11,687 nucleotides of DNA from Planctomycetota bacterium (lineage in GTDB: Bacteria; Planctomycetota; SZUA-567; H5-PLA8). A model generated the notes under the pieces. The model did not search any database, was not told the origin of the DNA, and saw only the letters and a program-made list of their open reading frames with translations. The stretch is from positions 1-11,687 of the forward strand of contig JBBRPR010000115.1 of NCBI GenBank assembly GCA_038227875.1. Direction: 5' to 3'. Position 1 is the stretch's first letter; each line of letters opens with the position of its first letter. Made by a program: the position numbers and the translations under genes. Positions 1 through 6,429 of the stretch are shown here, piece by piece.

Positions 1-1
1 C

Positions 2-367
2 CAGGGACCCAAAGACACCACAAGCGCGCGTATCAATTATTTAGAAGGAGAAATGAGTCCCGATCCCATTACGCGAGTAAATAATAAAAGAGGCGCCTTT
101 AATCTCGCGCTCAATCGAGCAGAATCGCAAAATATCGTTCACGACGCGGCAGCCTTGCTCGCTGAGAATGCACTCGGTAAGGAAGAGCGGGCAAAAATAT
201 TAGATGAGGCGATGCGCGCCCATTACAACCTTAAAGAGTATGAGGCCTCACTTCAGATAGCACGAGAACTTCAAGGATATACCGGTTTACCAGCTCAGGT
301 CGCTGATGGACAAAAATTTGAAGTGATGATAAAAAATCAGGTATTTAATGATATCGAAAAGCCCTAA
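2..367 (+). CDS. 3' end of a hypothetical protein with a TPR-like helical C-terminus (probably starts upstream of the window)
   Basis: The frame is open from base 2 (QGPKDTTSARINYLEGE-M53) to TAA 365-367. The GAAGGAG before ATG53 is only 2 nt from it, too close for an RBS. The C-terminal ILDEAMRAHYNLKEYEASLQIARELQ looks like a TPR-type helix pair. Confidence 0.6.
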   Translation, partial: QGPKDTTSARINYLEGEMSPDPITRVNNKRGAFNLALNRAESQNIVHDAAALLAENALGKEERAKILDEAMRAHYNLKEYEASLQIARELQGYTGLPAQVADGQKFEVMIKNQVFNDIEKP

Positions 368-1809
368 AACGTTTTCTTTTTCTCATCCTCCGAAGGTGCA
401 GGTTTCAAGTCGTTTTGAATTTCCTTCTCTGCCGCCTTTGCTGCTTTACGGACGTTTTCACACTCATCAATTGTAGCGTCTCCTAATAGTCCCAGTGCGC
501 ATTCAGCATTTCGGCCAAAGCCACCTAACAACTCGGATACGTATTGTCTGGTACGGGGATTTCGATACTTTAAAAGATCCTTCACTTTGGATGCGATGCC
601 TTTACTATCGTGAGTTTGTTTTAAAACATTTACAGCCCACTGGTTCAAAATGTTCTCTCTGTCCTTTAGCGCCGAAATTGCTATAGTTTCAATGTCATTT
701 TCTTGCTGTGGAGACAATTTCCAATCTCGAAAGCTCTCAAACACATTGGGAATTTGAATTCGAACCAGGTCTCGGTCATCCTGCAACATTACCAAAAGGA
801 TTGATGTCGGCTCACCCCCTCTAGCCATATCTTTCAATTGATTTATATTCTGCTTAATGTTGTCCGAAAGTAGTGCGAATCGCTGTTTGTTGCCGTTCGA
901 CAACTTAGAAAAAAGTCGCGGCCTTCCGTCAAACAGCTCAGCAGCATCATACAAATCATAAATATCCTCTTTCTCAACTTCGCTTTTTAGAATCGAAATC
1001 TGTAGATCATTTCCCGGAATTTTGACCAACATTTGAATTATTTTCATTTCATGTTTTGGTTCTCGGCGACTCGAATGATACGCTTTGAGCAAGTCTCCAT
1101 ATAAGCTGGGAAAATTAGCGAGCACAGTCTGTCGATTTTCCGGTAATAGCCAAATATCCAGTGCATTGAGAAGTGTGTCTGCATATAGAGAATGGCTTTC
1201 TGACAGCCATTTTATAAGTAATCCAGCAGCCTTTGGACACCCAAATGACGAAACCGCGTAGACCACACCCACACGTTCTACGTCATCCGCGTCTTTCCAA
1301 AATGATTCAAAAAGATCAAGCATCTGGCTCTGAAGGGAAGAATTCAACAGAAGCTTAGGCTCGATCAATGACGGGATCGCGGCAATTGATGCTACACGTT
1401 GTGAGTCCGAGAAATCATAATATCTCAAAAGATGTAAAGTAAGCGTTGCACAACTGAGGTCCGCTTGCCTCCGCCGTTCGAAAATATGAACGGTTTGAAA
1501 TCTCAAAAGATAGGTGTCATTTAACTCAACATCTGCTTTAGCAAGCGAACTTTTGGTTTCCAGATCGGCCAAATGCGAAAGCTTTTCGAACTCTGTGGGA
1601 TGATTCTTCTGATACGTTAGCGCTGATATTAACCACGCGCTATCGCCATCAACCGACGATGCTCCCTGCGAAAGGTAGTGCCTAACAGCTTCCCGGTATG
1701 ACGCACCGTGTGCGATCGCAACTGAATTAATCGATACGTTCTGCTCCGCAGCCTCAATCAACGGAATACCTATCATAATTAAGGCGATCGAATGTAGCAA
1801 AATTTTCAT
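364..1809 (-). CDS. Exported HEAT-repeat (alpha-solenoid) protein, 481 aa
   Basis: Long ORF in AT-rich DNA. N-terminal Sec-type signal peptide MKILLHSIALIMIGIPLIEA|AEQ. C-terminal HEAT/PBS-lyase-like repeats (LLKYRNPRTRQYVSELLGGFG; LLGDATIDECENVRKAAKAAEKEI). Starts 22 nt after the PAD stop. Confidence 0.8.
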   Translation of the reverse strand: MKILLHSIALIMIGIPLIEAAEQNVSINSVAIAHGASYREAVRHYLSQGASSVDGDSAWLISALTYQKNHPTEFEKLSHLADLETKSSLAKADVELNDTYLLRFQTVHIFERRRQADLSCATLTLHLLRYYDFSDSQRVASIAAIPSLIEPKLLLNSSLQSQMLDLFESFWKDADDVERVGVVYAVSSFGCPKAAGLLIKWLSESHSLYADTLLNALDIWLLPENRQTVLANFPSLYGDLLKAYHSSRREPKHEMKIIQMLVKIPGNDLQISILKSEVEKEDIYDLYDAAELFDGRPRLFSKLSNGNKQRFALLSDNIKQNINQLKDMARGGEPTSILLVMLQDDRDLVRIQIPNVFESFRDWKLSPQQENDIETIAISALKDRENILNQWAVNVLKQTHDSKGIASKVKDLLKYRNPRTRQYVSELLGGFGRNAECALGLLGDATIDECENVRKAAKAAEKEIQNDLKPAPSEDEKKKTF

Positions 1810-1831
1810 GGTACACCCTGAATCAAGATTA

Positions 1832-3889
1832 CTAGTGTTTCTTTAATGGTTCTCTTACCACATTTGTCAGACAATGCAATTCCCCGCCGCCCGCATATGG
1901 CCCGCTCGCGTCAACCAAAATTGGAATAATGAAGTCCGGTTTATACGAGTTCGTTCCTGCTATAATGCTCTTAAATTTCTCATCAAAATCCGGCAATCCC
2001 GGTCCACCGATTGTGGCACCAGCTCCCGCATTCGCGGGATAGAAAAATACAAGATCGCCGCTGGATCCCGGAAAAACGATCGGCTGAGAATTGTTGTAGT
2101 CATGCGTTAATTGGGATTCCTTAACGAACATTCCTTGCTGGATTGCAGGGGGATTTCGAATTAGCACGGGCGTGCGAGTGACGCTGGCCGAAATTGGAGC
2201 CGTAGAAAGGGTGCTAACAATTTTAGTGTACACTGAGTCCACTAAAGTTAACTCCTTTCCAAGATCAGTCGTAGCGACAATTGCAGCTTGAGCATCTTTA
2301 TAAGTTTTGAAATTGATTACACTCCCAGGGCCATCAAATGTGGTTCCGGGAGCAACGGCATTTATAACCTGCGACGCGCTATTCGCACCATAATTCGCCG
2401 AAACAAACATGGTGAACCCGCCTTTATTATCGAGCGGGACCACTGTTGCAATCTCATCAATGTGGCCCACTCCAATTCCTGAAGGATCCAGCGTTACCAG
2501 TGCATTCGACGACAGCGTCTGAACCTTTTGTCGAAGAAAGAATTTTACAGCTGTGGTGTTTGCCCTTGTCGTCATTATGTAGCCGTATGGATGCGCTGTG
2601 TCATTCTTAATTGGCGGCAAAACTCCGTATGCCCCCCCTTCATCACCAGCTTGCGCCGAAATAAAATACCAACCAGAGTTGGCGCTTAGTTGCTCCTTAT
2701 CCCACTCACCTAATCCATTCAGTCGACCAAATACGTGCAAAACACTTTCTTTGCTGGGATCTTTGGAAATTTTTCGACAAAATCCAATGATTGTTCGATC
2801 CTGCGAAAAATCCTCTTCGCCATTTGCCTTGGCCTTTATAACTCCTTTTGCCAATTTCTTATTATTAATAATATTTTCCTGAATGGAATCGTGGAATTGT
2901 TCCCCATTATGAGCCCAATCGGAATAAAAAAAGTTAAATTGCACATCAGTAGCAATAGGTTGGGTGTTCGGAATTGCTATAAACGGTACACATAGTAAAA
3001 CAACCGAGCTAGTAAAGGCGGACTGAGGGAATGTCGGCGCCTGGGCAGCCGTATTTTCGACAACCGTTAGGGTGTATTTAACTTGTTCGCCGAATTTTAA
3101 TCCTTCAGCGAGAAGAATGTGCTTTTTACCATCCTTTAAAATATCTGTTACGTCGACAGAAAGGTTTTTCTGATTAGGGCCGAGCAGCATTTTTGCATCA
3201 CCAAGCTTCTTTTCAACATGACCACTTTCTTCTAATTGCAAAACTGGTTCAGCTGCGTCGCTTGGTATGTGAAATACTCGGCTGAGCTGATTTGCGTCAG
3301 AAATCGCTTCTGGACCTTTATCCACCGTTAGAAGAACTTTATTATATTTATAAAACGTATCTGAAATCTTCGGAAGCTCAATTCTTAACTCCGACAAATT
3401 TTTAACATCATCCTTCCCGTTAATAATATCATCATCCATATTGGTTTCAGAAGATTTGGCGTGAGTACCCGTTTGTCCACAATTCACCATTAATAATGCT
3501 CCATTTTTCAGATAGTCCACCGGATTCGACTTGCCTTGAATATCATCGTCCGTAATGACTCCGTCTCGATTCGTATCGGCAAGAATTGATAACCGAACAA
3601 GAGTTACGATGGTCTTTACATCGGTTTTTCCAGTTCGCACTGCCACCACTCTTGCACCATTTGCAGCACTTATTATTATTGGAGCGCCGGCTTTGAATCC
3701 TGGGACACCTTGTTTGAATTGAAATTTTGCTACTGCGTTATTAAATTGAAGAACGCCATCGGAGCTCGCGGTGAAATTTCCTAATGCGGGCACAGGAAAT
3801 TGAGGATTGGGAACTAATGCCTCTTTAATTGCGGTCGCGATTTCTTTTGGTTGTTTAATATCAACCTTCGAGCTTAACACAATCAGCAT
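1832..3889 (-). CDS. Protein-arginine deiminase (PAD, animal/cyanobacterial type: PAD middle domain plus catalytic pentein domain) with an N-terminal beta-rich segment; possibly 5'-truncated
   Basis: Motifs are collinear with human PAD4: SILADTNRDG (3560-3589), GALLMVNC (3479-3502; PAD4 GAILLVNC), FSQD (Asp at 2798-2800; PAD4 WMQD350), GDEGGAYGVLPP (PAD4 LDSFGNLEVSPP), VGHIDE (2453-2470; H471/D473) and GGELHCLTNVVREP (Cys at 1871-1873; PAD4 HGEVHC645GTNVRRKP). ATG at 3889 gives 685 aa, but the AT-rich open frame continues to a junction near 3979, so the start is uncertain. Confidence 0.9.
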   Translation of the reverse strand: MLIVLSSKVDIKQPKEIATAIKEALVPNPQFPVPALGNFTASSDGVLQFNNAVAKFQFKQGVPGFKAGAPIIISAANGARVVAVRTGKTDVKTIVTLVRLSILADTNRDGVITDDDIQGKSNPVDYLKNGALLMVNCGQTGTHAKSSETNMDDDIINGKDDVKNLSELRIELPKISDTFYKYNKVLLTVDKGPEAISDANQLSRVFHIPSDAAEPVLQLEESGHVEKKLGDAKMLLGPNQKNLSVDVTDILKDGKKHILLAEGLKFGEQVKYTLTVVENTAAQAPTFPQSAFTSSVVLLCVPFIAIPNTQPIATDVQFNFFYSDWAHNGEQFHDSIQENIINNKKLAKGVIKAKANGEEDFSQDRTIIGFCRKISKDPSKESVLHVFGRLNGLGEWDKEQLSANSGWYFISAQAGDEGGAYGVLPPIKNDTAHPYGYIMTTRANTTAVKFFLRQKVQTLSSNALVTLDPSGIGVGHIDEIATVVPLDNKGGFTMFVSANYGANSASQVINAVAPGTTFDGPGSVINFKTYKDAQAAIVATTDLGKELTLVDSVYTKIVSTLSTAPISASVTRTPVLIRNPPAIQQGMFVKESQLTHDYNNSQPIVFPGSSGDLVFFYPANAGAGATIGGPGLPDFDEKFKSIIAGTNSYKPDFIIPILVDASGPYAGGGELHCLTNVVREPLKKH

Positions 3890-3978
3890 GTATGTGACGC
3901 CCTTTTCAGAAGGGTTAGTGTCATTAACACCAATAGTGAATACGGGACCCTCAAGGCTATCGGAACTTGGATCTTCGG

Positions 3979-4098
3979 CAGCGGCGTCAGCCCGTCCTCG
4001 TCGAGCGCGTTGACCTGCGCGCCACGTCCGAGCAACAACTTGATCAGTGGAAGTTTGCCGCCGCGCACTGCGTAGTGTAACGCTATTGAATCGAATGA
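3979..4098 (-). pseudogene. Orphan ankyrin-repeat fragment
   Basis: Translates as SFDSIALHYAVRGGKLPLIKLLLGRGAQVNALDEDGLTPL, a textbook ankyrin repeat (ALHYA...G...LIKLLL..GA.VN..D..G.TPL). It is preceded by an in-frame TGA (4099-4101) and similarity stops abruptly after TPL. Confidence 0.8.
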
Positions 4099-4120
4099 TC
4101 AGTCGGGCTCTGCTCTTAGG

Positions 4121-4606
4121 GGCGCGTACATTCGCGGCATCGCGCGCAAGAGCATCAAGATTTCGCCGAAGTATGCGCCGCCTGGAAAACCGCCGCGCTC
4201 GCGCAAAGGACGCCTGAAGGACGCGATCATCTTCGCGGTGGAGAAAAAACAGCAGCGCGTTGTCGTTGGCCCGACGGCAACGGAAGTCGGGCAGATCGGA
4301 CGAACACACGAGCAGGGCGGCACCGAACCGCCGAAAACGAAGAAAGCCCGGAACCCCAACTGGAAACTTGAGGTCGGCGGTCACGGCCCCGTTCGAAACG
4401 ACACGAACGGGGTTGGATTCGCCAAGTTGGAAACGGAAGCCCAGGTCGAACGCGCAAAGAAGATCGCGCCAGCCGTTCAGGCTAAAGAAGCGCAGGCCAC
4501 GGCGCAGACCAAGTCTCGAAAGTACCCTCCGCGCCCGTTCATGGGACCGGCATTCAACATCGCCAAGGAACGCTTGCCCAAGTTGTGGGCAGGCTCGGTG
4601 AAATAA
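4121..4606 (+). pseudogene. 5'-truncated HK97 gp10-like tail completion/neck protein
   Basis: The basic coding frame extends upstream of the track's GTG4238 to GAYIRGIARKSIKISPKYAPPGKPPRSRKGRLKDAIIFAVE and ends in the typical YPPRPFMGPAF motif; HEQGG resembles the family's 'EFG' motif. There is no start codon between TAG 4073 and 4121. It lies directly before the major tail gene. Confidence 0.7.
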
Positions 4607-4621
4607 GAGGAGACCACGACC

Positions 4622-5086
4622 ATGAGTGCCAAACTCGGCATGCAAGCAAAGCTCTACCGCCTCACCGCAGGGGTGCGCGGCGCGTGGCCCGGTTCGGGCG
4701 CGCCCGCGAATCTCGTCGAACTGGGCAACGTGAAGGACGTGACGCTCAATCTCGAAACCGGAGAAGCCGACGTAACGACCCGCGCCAACAGCGGGTGGAA
4801 AGCGACCATCGCCACATTGAAGGAGGGCAGCCTTGAGTTCGAATCCATCTGGGACCCCAGCGACGGCGGGTTCTCCGCGCTCAAGGACGCCTACTTCAAC
4901 AACACACCAGTCGCGTTGGCCGTTCTGGATGGATCGAAGGACGTTGTCGGATCGCAAGGACTGTGGGCGGACTTCAGCGTGACGAATCTCACACGCGAAG
5001 AGCCGCTCGAAGATGCCATCAAGGCCAAGGTCACGCTCAAGCCGACGTACTCGGCCATTCCGCCAGCGTGGGTCACCGTCGCGTAA
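4622..5086 (+). CDS. Phage major tail (tube) protein, 154 aa
   Basis: RBS GAGGAG 4607-4612. Tail-tube-like motifs NVKDVTLNLETGEADVTTRANSGWKATIATLKEGSLEF and FSVTNLTREEPLEDAIKAKVTLKP. Sits immediately before the chaperone and tape measure genes. Confidence 0.85.
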   Translation: MSAKLGMQAKLYRLTAGVRGAWPGSGAPANLVELGNVKDVTLNLETGEADVTTRANSGWKATIATLKEGSLEFESIWDPSDGGFSALKDAYFNNTPVALAVLDGSKDVVGSQGLWADFSVTNLTREEPLEDAIKAKVTLKPTYSAIPPAWVTVA

Positions 5087-5125
5087 CACGGGTCCATCTT
5101 GGAATCGACTCTCACGGAGGAACAG

Positions 5126-5608
5126 ATGCGCACTTTCAAAGACACCGCAGGCCGCACGTGGACGTTGCAGATCAATGTCGACGCCATCAAGCGCGTTCGC
5201 GGTCTGCTGAACGTCGATCTGCTGGAGATCGCAGACGGCAAGCTCATTGAGCGGCTGGCAGGCGATCCGGTTCTGCTCTGCGATGTCGTCTTCGCCATCC
5301 TCAAGCCCGACGCGGACGCACAGCAAGTCTCCGACGCCGACTTCGGACGCGCGATGGGCGGCGACTGTCTGGAACAGGCCACGACCGCCTTCTTAAAGGA
5401 GCTGGCCGATTTTTTCCCCTCGTCGAAGCGCCAGGTGCTGCACCTGGCGCTGGCCAAGCTGCGGGAGGTGGATGCCAAGATCGTGGCACTGGCCGAGAAG
5501 AAGCTATCCAGCCCGGCGCTCGACGCGCGGATCAATACTCTGCTCAAAGACTTTGGCGAACCATTTACGAGCTCGCTGGAATCGTTGGCTGTCCACCCGG
5601 TCAGTTGA
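5126..5608 (+). CDS. Tail assembly chaperone (lambda gpG analogue), 160 aa
   Basis: RBS GGAGG 5116-5120 precedes ATG5126 (MRTFKDTAGRTW...), a better start than the track's TTG5099. Located between the major tail and tape measure genes, with an overlapping -1 frame ORF. Confidence 0.8.
   Translation: MRTFKDTAGRTWTLQINVDAIKRVRGLLNVDLLEIADGKLIERLAGDPVLLCDVVFAILKPDADAQQVSDADFGRAMGGDCLEQATTAFLKELADFFPSSKRQVLHLALAKLREVDAKIVALAEKKLSSPALDARINTLLKDFGEPFTSSLESLAVHPVS
5395..5451 (+). promoter_or_regulatory. Candidate programmed -1 ribosomal frameshift signal
   Basis: SD-like AAAGGAG 5395-5401. In-frame slippery heptamer T TTT TTC 5410-5416. Perfect inverted repeat AGCGCCAGGTGC-T-GCACCTGGCGCT 5427-5451. 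The -1 frame is open from 5251 to TGA 5845-5847. Confidence 0.7.
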
Positions 5609-5847
5609 CCTTGCGCGAACTGCTCTGGATGGCGGAAGCGCGCAGCAAATCGGAATGGGGCCGCGCGTCGGCGCTGCTCGCGCTCATCGCAAACGTGAAT
5701 CGTGATCCGAAGAAGGGCGCTGCGTTCACCCCTTCGGATTTCAATCCGTATGAACGCAAAAACACGGACGTGCCAGTCACGAAGCTAACCGATCTTAGCA
5801 TTCTGAAGTCGGTCTTCGTGGACCGGCACTTGGGAGGAAAAACATGA
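5605..5847 (+). CDS. Tail assembly chaperone C-terminal extension (gpT analogue), probably expressed as a -1 frameshift fusion with 5126..
   Basis: -1 frame relative to the chaperone, with only a weak TTG start and no clear RBS. Protein-like sequence continues upstream of the TTG (LWRTIYELAGIVGCPPGQLTLRELLWMAEAR). Confidence 0.75.
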   Translation: MTLRELLWMAEARSKSEWGRASALLALIANVNRDPKKGAAFTPSDFNPYERKNTDVPVTKLTDLSILKSVFVDRHLGGKT

Positions 5848-6056
5848 GTGAAGAAATCATTCCGGTGAAGCCGGGATACCAGACCACGGAGTTTTGGCTC
5901 TCGGTAGTGGCGCTGCTCTTGGGTCTGGCGCTGGCCAGCGGAGCGGTCCACGACGGAGGCCTCGCTGCGCAGATCATCGGCGGCGTTCTGTCGGTGCTCT
6001 CCAGCCTTGGCTACACGGCATCGCGCACGAAAGTCAAGAGCGCGGGAGGTGAATGA
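5844..6056 (+). CDS. Putative holin, 70 aa, two transmembrane helices
   Basis: RBS GGAGG upstream and ATGA overlap. KPGYQTTEFW motif followed by two hydrophobic segments (FWLSVVALLLGLALASGAV; LAAQIIGGVLSVLSSLGY) and a basic C-terminal tail. Confidence 0.65.
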   Translation: MSEEIIPVKPGYQTTEFWLSVVALLLGLALASGAVHDGGLAAQIIGGVLSVLSSLGYTASRTKVKSAGGE

Positions 6057-6233
6057 ATGAGTCTGATCGTGCAGGCGGTGGTGGGCATCATCGGGATGCT
6101 CATCGAATTGTTCATCCCCAATTCTGTGGAGGTCGCCCGTGAAGTTCATGACAAAGCTGCTCCTTCTTCTGACGTTTACGCTCAACCTTCCCGGTTGCGC
6201 CGTCTCTGCTTCCCGCCCCTTGAAGACGAATGA
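6057..6233 (+). CDS. Small membrane-anchored protein, 58 aa, candidate inner-membrane spanin (Rz-like); absent from the ORF track
   Basis: Strong RBS GGAGGT 6045-6050, 6 nt before ATG6057. Sequence MSLIVQAVVGIIGMLIELFIPNSVEVAREVHDKAAPSSDVYAQPSRLRRLCFPPLEDE has an N-terminal hydrophobic helix and one C-terminal Cys. It fills the gap after the holin. Confidence 0.65.
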   Translation: MSLIVQAVVGIIGMLIELFIPNSVEVAREVHDKAAPSSDVYAQPSRLRRLCFPPLEDE

Positions 6234-6429
6234 AATCACGTGGGCGAAGATGGGCACGCCGGCGCGCATCGTTGACGAGCAGAAAGTTAAAGTGCTGGTT
6301 CCAGATGGGAAGGGCGGGTGGACGCCCGGAAGGGGCAATCTCGCCGGCATGGTCGCCATCGACGAGCCGACGCTGGATTACTACCGCACCGTCGACCGCA
6401 AGCAGCCCCTGCCGGAGCCTAAGAAATAG
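6139..6429 (+). CDS. Lipoprotein, 96 aa, candidate outer-membrane spanin (Rz1-like)
   Basis: RBS GGAGGT 6128-6133, 5 nt before GTG6139. Signal peptide MKFMTKLLLLLTFTLNLPG-C with lipobox-like LPGC. Begins out of frame inside 6057..6233 (95-nt overlap). Confidence 0.65.
   Translation: MKFMTKLLLLLTFTLNLPGCAVSASRPLKTNEITWAKMGTPARIVDEQKVKVLVPDGKGGWTPGRGNLAGMVAIDEPTLDYYRTVDRKQPLPEPKK

Noticed and set aside
495..2995. Short + strand ORFs opposite the HEAT and PAD genes
   Set aside because: Antisense to well-supported genes, with no recognisable features.
4041..4120. 8-bp direct repeat TGATCAGT (4041-4048, 4096-4103) and GGGCTCTGCTCTTAGG as a possible target-site duplication, IS end or att site
   Set aside because: Too short. 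One copy lies inside the ankyrin coding sequence, and I found no matching partner end, transposase or integrase in the window.
3980..5326. N-terminal ~450 aa of the 1164-aa ORF, which would make a giant PAD fusion
   Set aside because: It is the codon-aligned antisense shadow of three same-frame GC-rich phage genes (4121, 4622, 5126), has Arg-rich non-protein composition, and crosses two breakpoints.
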